DNA of 64,000 nucleotides, from positions 45,624,951 through 45,688,950 of the forward strand of contig JARFYF010000063.1 in NCBI GenBank assembly GCA_030265395.1. The letters are read 5' to 3'. The position numbers were made by a program, and so were the translations under genes. Origin of the DNA: Rhina ancylostomus (taxonomy: Eukaryota). Below, one piece after another: positions 50,950-64,000 of the stretch (position 1 is the stretch's first letter; every line of letters begins with the position of its first letter). The notes beneath the pieces are model-generated. The model did no database searches and had not been told where the DNA came from. It saw only the letters and a list, made by a program, of their open reading frames with translations.

Positions 50950-52900
50950 CATAGCAAGGCACCTCAGAACTGTGCTATGCCACATGGTAATTCCACAACA
51001 TCCACAGGTCAGGAAGTATCGTCAGCTGGAAGAGCTCAAGCTCCAGGTTTTGGAGCTTGAGCAACAGCTGGTGTCACTGTGGCCATTCATGAGGCTGATT
51101 GCTTCAAGGATAACACATTTCAGGATGTGGTCACCCTGCAACTCAAGAGAGAGCAGGCAGAGAGGGAATGGGTGACCATCAGAGAAACAAATAGGGAAGT
51201 CGGACACTTCAGCAGACTCCTGAGGGCATCTTGCTCTCTAACCAGTATTCCATTCTGAATATTGAAGGGAAAGAGTTCTCCCAGGGGAGAAGTCAGAATT
51301 AAGACCATAGTAACATGGATGGCTCAGCTGTACAGAAAGGGAGGAGAAAGGCCAAGAGCACAATACTTTTAGGGTTTTATAATTAGGAGAGTAGACAGAT
51401 GTTTGTCGTTGCCTCCTTGTGCCAGGGTCAAGGATGTCATTGAGCAGCTGTAAAAAATTGTGGAGGGGGAGGATAAACAGCCAGATGACATGGTGCATAT
51501 TGATACCAATGACACAGGCAGAAGAAAGAATGGGGTCCTGAATGCAGATGTTATGGGTTTTAGGAAAAGACATTTGAGCAGCACAACCTCAAAGTTAGTA
51601 ATCTCCAGATTATTTCAGGTGCCACCTGTCAGTGAGTATAGAAATGTACTGTACAACATGTACAGAGATGATAAAAATATGTAATCTACTGTGCTGCTGC
51701 TGCAAAAAGCTAATTTTCATGGCATTTATACCCTGGGTATATCAGTCCATGACAATAAAGTTGAATGAGAAATACAAGGATAATATAAATAAATGTATGG
51801 CTGGGAAAATGGTGCAAGAGGGAGAGCTTTAGATTTCTCTGGCATAGGAACAAATTTTGGGGGGGGTGAGGAAGGACCTGTGCAGACCAAATGGATGACT
51901 TCTCAACTGAACTGGGACCTCTGTCCTTGCAGGATGGCTCATTGGTGCTAATGGGGGGAGGTTTACACTTATTTTGCAGGAGGTTGCACACAGAAGAAAA
52001 AAGGTGCAAAGAAGATTGGGAGTGATAAATAGCCTAAGATTTTAGACAAAAACAGACTAAGAGTGAACACAAAAAGGTCTAAGATAGATTTAGAGTGCTG
52101 GAATGTAAACACAAAAAGTGTATTAAACAAGGTTGATGAGCTGCAGGTGCCGCTAATCATGTGGATTACAATGTTATGTCAGTAACAAAGACCTGGTAAA
52201 AACAAATCATATATACAATGTGTTCAGGAAAAGTAGGAAAGGGAAAAAAAGAGGGGAGTAACAATATTGATTTGGAGAATGTTGCATTCTGGAGAGAGAG
52301 GATGTCCTGGAGTGATTAAGTTCAGGACCAATCTATTGAGAACTAGAAACAATAATGGTACAAATACACTATTGGGATCATTCTATAGACCACCAAATAT
52401 GAGAAGGATATTCAGCATCAAAATTGTTGAGTGATGTTAATGGGAAGCTTCAACCATCTCAACACAGACTTGGATGGCAATAACATTAGGGACAAATAGG
52501 GGAGGAGTTTCTGAAGTGTTCAGGTGAGTGTTCCTGATCAGTATGCAAATGGACCAACAGGAAAGGTGGCAATGTTGAAACTGATTCTGGAAAATGAGCC
52601 AGGCCAAATGAAGCAAGTATCAGGGAATAGTTGTGAAAAATGTCAATAAGCTAGAGAAAACAGTCAACTAGAGAAGAACCAATATCAATGGAATGAGAAC
52701 AGATGTAGCCCTGGTAAATTGCAATCACAAGCTTGGCAGGCAAAACTGTGACTGAACTGGAAAGGCCTTGAAAGTGAAGAGGATTTTTGCTACAGTCCAG
52801 GTACGTTCCCTTGAGGAAGAAGTATAGGGAAATTAAAGCCAGAAACCCATGGAAAACCAGAAAGATAGAGTGTAAAATAGAATAAAAAAACAAGAGGATA
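50950..52900 (+). mobile_element. Decayed CR1-type LINE 5' half: ORF1 (coiled coil + SGNH esterase-like) and ORF2 APE endonuclease start
   Basis: QLEELKLQVLELEQQL; CL(P)xARVKDV; EGEDKQPDDMVHIDTND (VHIGTND-like esterase block); ECWNVNTKSVLNKVDEL; FYRPP. A short Rex1-like tail is inserted at about 51640-51765. Confidence 0.75.
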
Positions 52901-53099
52901 TGGCAGATAAAGTAAACCTCTGATAATCCAGTGTGCTTGGGATGTTGCTGGCACAAGACAAGCAGATTTTTCAGTCTACTGGATGTTATCTATTGATACC
53001 CAGTAAACACTTAATGTGAAATAAATATTTTTAATTCATGTTTTTTTAGATGTCACGCAATATAAATTTCCTAGTGAACCCATAAGTTTAAATGGAGCA

Positions 53100-53350
53100 T
53101 AGGAAATGGGGTCTGGTGAGTCAGAAGAAAGCAGGGAACCTGAGCCCCAGTGAAGGGCAAGTTTAAAGAGAGTGTGGAAACCAGATTGCCAGCAAGTTAG
53201 AAGGGAGCATAAGATCCAGGGCCCCTACAAGTTGAATGATGTGTGGGAACTAGGGCCCAAGTGAGTTCAAAGGGAGGGTGAGAACAGAGCTCTGGCATGT
53301 CAGAAGGGAGACTAGTAACCAGAGACCCAGTGAGTGGAAGGGAGCATTAT
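53100..53350. repeat. Degenerate minisatellite of about 35 bp, about 7 copies
   Basis: Units such as aagttagaagggagcataagatccagggcccctac / aagttgaatgatgtgtgggaactagggcccaagt / atgtcagaagggagactagtaaccagagacccagt. Confidence 0.7.
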
Positions 53351-54199
53351 TTAGACCTCACAAAAGCTTTGGCTTTATCAACTGAAAGAGGCCATTGAGC
53401 ATCCTTCTCAAACTGCTTTCACAAATTTATCTCCATCCTATATATAATAAATAACAGCATGCAAGCTATGATCTTAAATGATGAGTCTGCAACAGAGACT
53501 CGTATCTGCTTTTACAAACTTGGGTAACCTGAGCCTGTGAAGATACTGCTCATCAAGAGGTCCAGCTGTCCATATATATGGTCTTCTCAGATGGACATTT
53601 CTGTACCTCCTGCCTTGTGGTCACTGAGTTGCTTCTCCCAAAGCCTCTTGCAAAGCAGTACTGTCAGTGGTGTTATCACTGAGACACTCATTGTTCTGTG
53701 CCATGTTCTCCTTTGCAAAATGAATGAAAGATCACTGATTATTCTGGTAGTGAGATTTAACACTCATACATCCAATACAAGCCTACACAACATCTGCTCA
53801 TGCTCATGAATATTTTAAGACTAATTTTTTGTCATGGGCACTTCCAGTCCTCATAATGGTGCAACAACATTCCCTGGTACTTCTAGCACACTCTATGGAC
53901 TTGGGGAATGTTTAGAGGAGTATGCAGTCAATTCCGAAGCAATATCCTGAAAATGTTTCAATGTCAGTATATTGTTCCTTTAAAGTGCAAATAAAACAGG
54001 AACGTATCACACTATGTTCCTGGTTTTCTTGTGACTACTCGACTACAGTAGCTGTACAGAGCTTTCAGCTGCAGTTGAAGTTAGGAAGGGCTGAAGCATG
54101 CATTGCATGGCAACTAGCATCATGATGTGCTCAGTAGGCATTCAGAACTCATGCTGGAATTATGTAAAATGATGATTGAAGCATTTAAATCAGGGAATC

Positions 54200-54715
54200 A
54201 TGATGCAATTTAGCAAAGAAGGGGTCTAATTGACCCAATATGCCCACACTGGCACTTTAAAAGAACAATCCAACTATTCCTGTTATTTTGTCCAGCCTGT
54301 AAATTTTTCTGTTTCAAGTCTTTATGCCTTTGGAAAGTTATTAATGAACCTGGTTTCACCATCCTTTCAGGCATTGCATTCCAGAACATAACAACCAGCT
54401 GCATTAAAAAACGTTTCCTTCTGTTACCTCTGGTTCCTTTCCTAATTACTTTAAATCTGTGTTTTCTAGTTACCAACCCTTGTGCCACTGGAAATAATTT
54501 TCCCCTGTGTACACTATCAAAGCCGTTCATAATTTTGAATACCTCTATCAAATCTTCACTAAACCTTTTCTGGCCTCTCTATGTTTCTGACTTCCTTCAT
54601 TGCCTGCACCATTCCATTAATCCCCTTTGCAGCCTCTCACAGGCCATGACATCGTTCCCACAATTTGATGCTAGAACTGGACATCACACACTAGCTGGGG
54701 GCCCAATCAGGCCCC
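54200..54715 (-). mobile_element. CR1-type LINE 3' end
   Basis: ORF 54210..54551 IEVFKIMNGFDSVHRGKLFP..TRKHRFKV..WNAMPERMV is the CR1 ORF2 C-terminus. Confidence 0.8.
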
Positions 54716-54799
54716 TTTAGGCCAGTTATCCATCTACTCTGGTGTATCATGCCATGATTCTTTCTGTCTTCATTTGCATATTTTCATATTTCCTTACAA

Positions 54800-55036
54800 C
54801 ATCAAAGGAGGTCTGTGCCAGCTTACTGTGCAATCCCATTCTCCACTATTTTCCCCTGTAACCTGTTCTACCCATATTTCCATCATGTCCTCACTCCTGA
54901 ATCCTACCATTCCCCTCCACACAGAAGAAAATTTGCAGTGGCCAATTAACTTACCAACCTGCACATCTTCTGAATGTGGGAACCCAGGTCACTGGAACCG
55001 TGAGGCAACAGTTCTACTAGCTGCAGCACTGTGCCA
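54800..55036 (-). mobile_element. HE1-like V-SINE, internally deleted
   Basis: gtggccaattaacttaccaacctgcacatctt...gaacccaggtcactggaaccgtgaggcaacag...cactgtgcc. Confidence 0.7.
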
Positions 55037-55225
55037 GCGACCCAAGTTCGATCTTAACCCCTGGTGCTGTCTGGGTGGAGTTTGCATATTTTCCCTGTGA
55101 GTGCTTAGCTTTTCTGCGGGGCTCCAGTATCTTCCCACATCCAAAAGACCTGCAGGTCTGTAGGTTAATCGACCACTGTAAATAGTTTCTATTTTCTAAG
55201 TGGTGGTAGAATCTGGGAGGTGGAA
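55037..55225 (+). mobile_element. HE1-like V-SINE
   Basis: B-box-like gttcgatc, V-domain gtggagtttgcatattttccctgtg, then cccacatccaaaagac...taggttaat. Confidence 0.8.
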
Positions 55226-57359
55226 GGAATCAGAATCAAATTTATTATCACTGACATACGAGGTGTAATGTGATGACTTTGCACTGTACTGCTGCCACAA
55301 AATAACAAATTTCACCTCATATGTCAGTGACAGATGATAGAAAGATAGTGAAAGTTGATAAATGATGATGGTGAGAGTTACAGAAATGTGCAGAGAATAA
55401 GTTACAGGGAAAATTACTGGGGGATTGAACTGCTCAATAGCTGAATGGTCTCCTATATTGTAAGGAAATAATGTATATATAATTCGAGCATGAACTCAGA
55501 ATACCCACTGAGCACCAAATGATTTCAAATGTTAGGCAATGAACATTTTAGCACCTCCAACTTAATTCAGAGTTGAAAGCTCTAATCAATAACTTCCATG
55601 GAACAGTCACAGAAGAATTAGAACCTTGTTCTTGTGCTTGATGTCTCAGTACACAAAGCCAAGGATCCTGTGTGCCTTTTCTTCCATTTATCCTGTCACC
55701 AAATACTTCTTTACACACACCCAGAGTTTTCTCATTTCTGAGGCATCTTTAACATTGAACCTTTAGATTTGCAAGGTCTTCCCTCACTCTTTCTATCAAA
55801 TGTATCACTCTTTGTTAAATTGCACTGTCAAGTAGCTGCCCATTTAACCAGTCTGTGTATGTGCTCTATTTATTACTGTCTTCCTCGCTATTTTCTACAT
55901 TTTTGGGACAGCGCAGATTTGAATTTATGCCTGGGGTACACAAGTACAGCTCATTAATATAAACAAAAAAGTGGTTCTAAAGCAAATCCCTGGAATGGAC
56001 ACAACCACACGTCTTCTTCTGATTTGAAAAAAAGCTCACCAATACTTCCTGCTTTAGCAATTTTCTTAACTACAAGCCAATGTTCCTGTAATCCAATGGG
56101 TTCAGTTCTACTAAAGTGTATAATGGTTTGAAAGTCCATGCATTTATACACTAAACTACCCTAACTTATCTTCAATTATTTTATCAAGAACCTCCAAATT
56201 AAGCAAACACAATTTGCTTTTAACAACTACATCCGTCTTTTATTTTCTAACCTGTATTTTTTTTTAAAGTTCCAATTAATTTCCNNNNNNNNNNNNNNNN
56301 NNNNNNNNNNNNNNNTCTAAAGGTTTTCCTGACATAAACATTAGGCTGATAGGTCTCTGATCAGTTTATCTTTCTCCCATTTGAACAGAGATGTGATTTT
56401 TCCAATCATCCAAACCTTTGCCACTATTCTCGTAGCTGAGAATGATTGGAGGTTATAGCCAAAGACTCCCTAATTTCTATCACTCAGAAGCCTAGGATGT
56501 ATCCCAACCAATCATTTCTACTTCGAGCATTACCAACATTTTAACTAGTTACTCATTTTCTTCTATCCAATGTCTCTACCACTTCCTTTACTGTGACATG
56601 GCAGGATCCCTTCCTTCAAAAAGGCATATTTAAAGAACTTATTTAGTATTTCAACTATCCCACCACAAGTTGTTTTTGCTTACTAAGCATCTCCAATGTT
56701 CTTTTTTCCCCATAATGAGATGTGAATGACATTGGAAAGGTTAGCATTTATTGTCCATCATAACAGCTCTGAGGGAGTTCTGGTGAGTTACCTTCTTGAA
56801 CCAATGCAGAACTTCGAGTGAAAGTATTGCCACATTGCTGTTGGGCAGAGAGTTCTAGGATTTAGACAGTGTGAAAATATAGGGACAACTGTGTATGATT
56901 TTCCGGGTGACTTGACAAAATAGATGTGGCAAATTAGTCTAATAACTTTTGTATATGTCGCACAGTGCAGCCCATGTTTAGGGTGTTGAATAGATGTGAA
57001 TCAATCTGGCTACTTAGCCCTGGATAATGTTGAGCTACTTTTGTGTTTTTGGAGATATACTCATCCAGACAGGTGGGGAATAATCCATCTCTCTCCTGAT
57101 TTGTGCCCTATAAATGCTATAATGGTTTTGGATATCAGGAAATTAGTTATTTGATGTCTCTGATCTACTTTTGTAGCCATAGTATTGATGTGGCTGGTCC
57201 ATGGTGGAAGACTTGGCAATGACAATGCTGTTGAATGTCAAGGGCAGATGGCTAGAAAAGGGCATTGGTAAAATGGTCATTGACCATCCTTTAATTATTT
57301 GTATGACTGGAAAAGACATTTGGGTCTTCCTTTATATTATTCACCAATCTCTGGCTGAA

Positions 57360-58790
57360 GCACCAAGCTCATAAATGAGAAGCCTGAGTGAACAAACCAG
57401 GGTTCAAGTTCACCATGGCAGATGTAGATTTTAAATCAAGCTAATTAAATATAATTTGAAGTCAAAAGAAGTTAGTCGCACTAAGTGATAATAAAACTAA
57501 CAGACTGTCATAAAAAATCTGGTTCTATACCTTCCATCATGGGAAGATGTCTGCCATCCTTACCCAGTCAAATCTACATGTGGTTCCAGACCACATCAAT
57601 GTGGTTGATGCTTAAATGGCCAAGTAAGTTACTCAGTTGAATCAAAAACTGTTGTGTTGAAACAGATTAAGAAATAAACCAAATGAACCACCTAGCATCA
57701 TTCTAGGAATCAAATATGGACACAACAAAGTCATCTGCAGCTCAGTTGACCATACAGAGTCCTCCTTATGAACATTTGGGGACTAGAGTCTAAAACTGTC
57801 AACAGCTTGCAATTGTTGTACTCATATGTCAGACATCACAATCCCAGGCCCCATGAAGTCTCATGACAACAGGTCAAACAAGCAAGAAAATCCCTCCAAA
57901 TACCACCTACTGTCCACTCTCAGCTGATAAATACGCATTTGTGCAGATTGAACAAACTTAGAAGAAACATCAAAAGTAGCCAGGCTATAGAGTATATTCT
58001 GGTGGGGAGACCAATATCCATCACCACGAGTGGCTTGGCAGCATCATATCTGACCACACTGAAAGAATCCTAAAATATGTATTTGTCAGACTATGTCTGC
58101 AGAAGGTGAAGAAATCAACACAAGAAATAAAGCTAATTGACCTTGCCCTCACCAACCCTCCTGCTGCAGATAGATCTGTCCAGGACAACACAGGTAGGCG
58201 TGACCACTGCACGGTCTTTGTGGGGAATATCCTATGAGGATGTCCTATATCTGGTACTATCATCGTGTTCAATGAATAGCTCAGGAGAAGATCAGAAATG
58301 GGAATCTATGAAAGTTCTTTGCACTATCAGCAGTAGTGAAACTGTAATCACTACTGTCATTAACCTCACTCTGCCATTAAACTCAAGCCAGCAGATCAGT
58401 CTTGGTTCAATGGAAATGTAAAAGAAACACAACAAGCAGCGCCACAAAATGAGGTGCCAAACTGATGAAGCTCAGCATAGGCCTAGATGTGAGGTAAACA
58501 GCATGCAATAGACAAAGCTAATCAGACCCAAAGCTCTGTAGTCCTGCTAAATTAGTCATGAATGGCAGTAGTCAATTAACGTAATGGAAGGAGGTGGGGC
58601 CAAGGACATCCTCATCCTCAATGATGGTAGAGCCCAGCAACTTTGTGCCAGAGAACACAGGATACAGCAAAGATGATGGGATCAGATAGCATCCAATCAC
58701 ATTTCTGAAGATTTGCACTGCAAAAATAGTTGTGACTCTCTCTAAGCAAGCATTACCAATATAGTTCCAACACTGGCATGATGCAGGTGT
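57360..58790 (+). mobile_element. 5' part of a decayed CR1/L2-group LINE with a SINE-like leader
   Basis: Leader with ggttcaagt (B-box-like) homologous to the SINE at 13905-14200, followed by LLMNIWGL (APE start-like) and further decayed coding sequence. Confidence 0.5.
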
Positions 58791-58879
58791 GTGCTTAGTT
58801 TATTGTCTGCACTCATATTTCAACCTGGATGTCAGATTACATGCTGGATACTGAACAACAATAGTTATCATAGACATAA

Positions 58880-59206
58880 ACAGAGACATACAGTACAGGA
58901 GGAGGCCCCTTGGCTCACTGAATCCATGCTGACCATCAACCACCCATTTATACTAATCCTAAATTGATCCTATATTTTATTTGCCCCTCATTCTCATCAA
59001 CTCCCCCAAATTCTACCACACACCTACACGCTCAGGGCAATTTACAATAGGCAATTAACTTAACAATTGACTTCCTTGGGATGTGTGAGGCAGCCTAGAG
59101 GTAACGTATATTAGTCACAGGGAGAACATGCAAACTCCACATAGACAGTGCCCAAGGTCAACAATGAACCCAAGTCTCTGGTGCTGCAAGGCAGTGGTTG
59201 TACTAC
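58880..59206 (-). mobile_element. HE1-like V-SINE, near full length
   Basis: gtcacagggagaacatgcaaactccacatagacag...gaacccaagtctctggtgctgcaaggcag, plus the CR1-type tail acagtacaggaggaggcccctt. Confidence 0.8.
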
Positions 59207-62035
59207 TTAATTCACTTCATGAATAACTCATAACTTGGCAACAAAACCCAAGCCATCGCCTGAAACAAACTACAGGAATGTTTTTGCTGACTGCACCATT
59301 TAGAAAGAGCTTTGCAATACAACCACAAGCAGATGTTCAAATGAGTCCTTGTTTGTTGCATAACTTTCCTATCATGAGGGGCCACATTTTCCTATCATCT
59401 GGACTGCAAGAATTGAAAAGAATGAAAAGAGGGATATGAGGAGCAGTGGGAATATTGGGAACTATTGGACTCAAATGTTACTAGTTAACAGGACCCTTAT
59501 AAAGCAACTCACCCCAGAGAGCTTCACCTGAAGGAATCCTCCCACCATCAATACACCAGCTATCCCACAATCCTTACCATTATTCTTGCTACCACAATCA
59601 GATTGCTTTCTACTTTAACTTTATGGACCTCATTTTAACATCAACAATAAATCTATACCAAATGTTATCTAAACATTTCAATAGCACTGGTGTCCTATTG
59701 TTTATGAACATAATTAAGTAACATCCTTATTAATGCCCTTCATTACTGAATCCTGTGCTTGTTTCCCGATCTCAATACTGCAACATGTTTCTCATTTCAG
59801 AGGGTGATGTGTGTTGAACTTCCATTGTGGGCATTTCAGATGGCTTGGTAACAGCCATTGATTTAGAGGGTCTGGCTTCAAACCAACACTTCCACAGAAG
59901 AAATCTTCAGCCAAATCTTTGTTTAATGTGCAATCTCATCTCCAGGGAACAAAATTCTTGCCTTGACAACACTGGTGCATCACATACTTATTTGAATATT
60001 GCAGCCATATCCTGGGAGCAGAGTTTCTGGAACTGACTGTGCTCTCACTGGTAACGTTGTTGCCTGGAGAACTTCCCAATTCCTGTATGGAACAAGATCT
60101 TGCTGTCCTACGGAAGCACAATGGCCTACAACACCTGAGATTCTGAGCATCACCACAAGGCTCTTCAATCCACCTTCTTCAATCTGCTGTCTGCGACCAT
60201 AGTGCAGCACCCTTTAAGAAATCCTGACCGCTTTTAAGCAGCATCTGAGATGTTTAATGTCTAGCCCTTCTGCCAACAGCCACTAACAAGCATACAGCCA
60301 ATGAATGGCACTGACTGATGCTTCAACATATTAATGTTGCCAACAACCATGCACATGTAGCCTCTTTTTCAGGCACAATTGAATTTGTAAGCCAATATTC
60401 CAAATTTAGCTTTAAAAATTAGCAGTACAATTAGAGTCACAGCTAACTATCAGTCTTGACTTGGTACTCTGCCCCAGAGTTGAGGCATCAGCTCAAATCC
60501 CCTGTGATAAACTGATCACATAATTTAAGCTGACACGTTACTGCAATGCAGAAGATTTCCACATTGTTCAAAGTGAGTTGGCCCACTCCATGGAATTCAC
60601 AGAGATCCTTGAAGATATTAATATATTATTGAAGTTGCCCCCCACCAAAGTTCTGAAAGGTAGCATCAAATGACCACAAGAATAACAACTTTATGACTGG
60701 AATAAACATTTACTTGTGCGCAATAGAAATAATATATACCACAACACTGAGATCTCACGTACCCCTTGGAATCTCCTTGTCAATCCATAAAAGATTAGAC
60801 ACATCTGTTTGAAAACCCGCATTGCGTACTTAGTCCTTAAAAATAACACTTTATGCTGGATACTTTCTGTAACTGATCAGCAAGCACATCTAAACTATTT
60901 TCTAATTTTGCTATTAGGCATGCAATATCATGCAAATAAATTGTTCCTGTTCTAAAATGTATTAAATTGCATTTAACAATNNNNNNNNNNNNNNNNNNNN
61001 NNNNNNNNNNNNNNNNNNNNNNNNNNNNNNNNNNNNNNNNNNNNNNNNNNNNNNNNNNNNNNNNNNNNNNNNNNNNNNNNATTTAACAATGCTAAATACT
61101 CTGTACACCCTTAGCCCATTCATTTAATTGATGTAAACATGCTGAATACAATGAGACTCAGTTTATTTACTGCCTGCTGTTCACAAAGAACAGATTGGTG
61201 TCAATGGAATAACACTGTACATTAACAACAGAAAGCCCTTTTCTCAAATATTAGTGAATTGTTAATTTCTTTATGAAATGCCAATGAATTCAAGTTTGCC
61301 TTTATATCCAGGCGTACTGAGATTCTGATTTATTAAGAGGCGATAAGAAAACAGCAAATCCAATAATGATCCTTTAATATTGCTCAAGCTAGAACAGCTT
61401 AATTTAAATATTGAAAAGTTAATTCATTATAGTTTTCAGTGTCCTCTTAGCTCAGTTTTTTGTAATTCATTTTTGGGATCTGGGCATCACTGGTAAGGCC
61501 AGCATTTATTGGCCAATCCTGCTTGGCCTTGAGAAGATCTATTGAGCAACTCAGCCTTGCTCGACAGCTACAAAGCTATGTTGCCCAGCAGATATATCAT
61601 TGCAAAAGTGTTTGCTGCACTTTTATAACGACACATGGTTATGTAATGCATAAAGTGACTACTTAATACATAGCAATGTATGACCTAACTTGTACCTTGA
61701 AGTATTTCTATCACTGATAATGAGAATCTACAAGTCACATTATCTTGTGGTAACATACATTGAGATAAATTATTTGAGTCAGTCTCCTTGCAGGGACCCA
61801 TCCTCAGTGGGATGGTCAATTAGACAGTCAGCCACAAAGATCAAAAAGCTCATGCAAGACTATGAGAATGTAGAAGAGAGGAATTCTAAGAAGAAAGTCA
61901 CCGACTTACCATTGACATGATTCTCAGCATTGTTCCCATCTTTTCTTTAAACTGTTGAATCAACATCAAGCCTATTACTACTCCAGATTTCAGATGCACA
62001 TCATCCCTGCATACATACCCAGCTAACTGTCCAAC

Positions 62036-62340
62036 TCTTCTTCTTAGGCAGGACNNNNNNNNNNNNNNNNNNNNNNNNNNNNNNNNNNNNNNNNNNNNNN
62101 NNNNNNNNNNNNNNNNNNNNNNNNNNNNNNNNNNNNNNNNNNNNNNNNNNNNNNCTCAGGATTGACGATGACTTGTTTCCAGTCCAGTTTTGTGGGTTCT
62201 GAGGTGGTTGATGATGCCACTGTGGGAACTACAGATTCTTCTACTGATGAGGTCAGAGGTAGCTCAGGGGGTGGGTTGTGAGGTGATGCATTCCTTCCAG
62301 CACTTACATAGGGCTTTAGTGTGCTTCTGATCAATGCTCC
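62036..62340 (-). mobile_element. RTE-clade LINE 3' end
   Basis: tcttcttcttaggcag...ttccagtccagttttgtgggttctgaggtggttgatga is the reverse complement of the tail at 4960-5044. Confidence 0.7.
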
Positions 62341-63574
62341 TCTGCTTTTAAAACTTAGTTCCATTGAAGTTAAAGAGGAACATCCCACTTTAAGTATGGA
62401 TAATACTGGTCGCCATTGCCAGAACCCCCTATATTTGCTCATATTGCTGCTGAGCTGAAATCATATGGTCTACCATCTCAGGGCAGGATTAGTTGTCTAT
62501 TTGGTGTTTATCCAGTTTGGTCCATTTTATCATTCTGGGGACCTGCATGCAAGGTTACTTGGAATCCCAATGGCCATTGACAGCTCTACCCTTCCAGGTT
62601 CCCCAAGTCAATAAGCAGGCTAATTAATCATCAGTGATAATGAGTAGTATCACAAATTGCCCGATTTAGTTGGCAGATTACTGCCTGGTTTAGTTATCAA
62701 ATTATTGCTAAAGAAGAATAAATTGACTCTGAACTCCAGCACAGCTTGTCAACATCTCAATGCTAAAGAGAACAGTTAGTCAAACAATATATTTATAATT
62801 CATTTCTATACACACTTTCAGTATATGTTTTATGAGTCATGATGTGTATTACACCCCATTTATATGTTATAAAATAAACCAACCATGCTTTTATAGCCAC
62901 ACTAAGTTTTTCTGAGATAATAAATTGGTCAGTGTATGTTATATAGCATGTTAAAATTGTTGCATTGAAGGAGCTGGGGTTGGGTTTCTAAGGGAGTTCA
63001 CCCTATCATTCTCCTCGAGTGTTGAGGAAATGCAGTGAAATTGTGAAATAATGTTTATGTTGTTTCTCCCTGGCTTTCACTGATTTCTAATGAATTTATG
63101 GTAGTCAACTGCAGAAGTTGAACACCTGGGTGATTTAGTTCAGGGTTGTCAATTGATTCCTCAATTGCACACATGTCACAGGACACATATTGGAACTATT
63201 CAGATGTCTAAACCAATAATTGGAATTGGAACTTGTTTATTATCATCACTTGTACTAATTATCCTCACTCTGTTATATGAAACCTGAAGCATTAACCTGT
63301 GGTTGGAGATGGCTGACTTTAGAAATTATTGCATTTTTTCTCAACATTTAATTCTTTGAATTGATGGAGGGGCTGTTCTCATACAGCTCTAGCCCCTGTC
63401 AAAAGATGGAAAGGCTTTAATACACCCACATCTGGAGGGCCAATTAGACCCCCACCTCACGCAGGCCTACCTTTTGGCCTAGAAGTCTTGGAGGAAAGTC
63501 TGTCACTGTTACAGGTGTTAAGAGTTGACACAGCAGTAACGGGATAATATGGTGAAGGCCTTTTTGCACCAAGT

Positions 63575-64000
63575 CCAAATCTGTTTAAGTTTTATTTGAA
63601 GAGGTAACCAAGAGGATAGATGAGGGCAAGGTGGTGGGAAGGTCCCACATGTTAGACTAATCTGGAAGGTTGGATTACATAGGATGTAGAGAGAGCTAGC
63701 TAAATGGATACAAAACTGGCTTGATGGTAAAACTGGCTGAGGGTGATGGTGGAAGGTTGTTTTTCAGACTGTAGGCCTGTGACTAGTGCTGTGCCACAGG
63801 AATTGGTGCTACATCCATTGATGTTCGTCATTTATATAAACAATGTGGTTGAGAATGTACAAGGCATGGTTACTAAGTTTGCAAATGACACTAAAGTAGG
63901 TAGTATCATAGACAGTGTAGAAGGTATCAAAAATTACAAGGGGAATCTTGATTGGCTAGGTAAGTCAGCCTTGGAATGGCAAATGACGTTCAATTCAGAT
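63575..64000 (+). mobile_element. CR1-type LINE RT fragment
   Basis: FEEVTKRIDEG..KVPH..VTSAVPQELVL..KFANDTK (FADDTK-like); runs off the window end. Confidence 0.8.

Noticed and set aside
53100-53350. CRISPR-like array
   Set aside because: Eukaryotic context; the units are contiguous and diverged, with no constant repeat/unique spacer pattern.

Overview
AT-rich vertebrate genomic DNA. The repeat families present (HE1-like V-SINEs, DeuSINEs, LF-SINE-like elements, Penelope-like elements (PLEs), CR1/HER1-type, RTE and Rex1/Babar LINEs) point to a cartilaginous fish, probably a batoid; this is an inference. The window lies inside a GLIS-family zinc-finger gene on the minus strand, best read as GLIS1. 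Two phase-compatible coding exons are visible: 13261-13075 (187 bp) and 11791-10702 (1090 bp, ending after zinc finger 2 at HSGEKPNKCM). No further exons were recognised, so the rest is taken to be intron, filled with old and young retroelement fragments and many short-read assembly gaps. I found no convincing wholly new gene system. The most interesting signals are: (i) tiny palindromic PLE terminal-repeat-only insertions with target-site duplications (TSDs) that carry minimal hammerhead-ribozyme remnants; (ii) a GLIS1 exon that keeps GLI/GLIS3-like N-terminal motifs but lacks the SUFU-binding YGH motif; (iii) dense LF-SINE-like copies, including ones bracketing the small exon; (iv) a SINE that looks like a 5'+3' deletion derivative of a LINE present in the same window; (v) an isolated near-perfect 48-nt hairpin. 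Repeat boundaries were set by eye and are approximate, and family names come from recalled consensus features, not from a database search.
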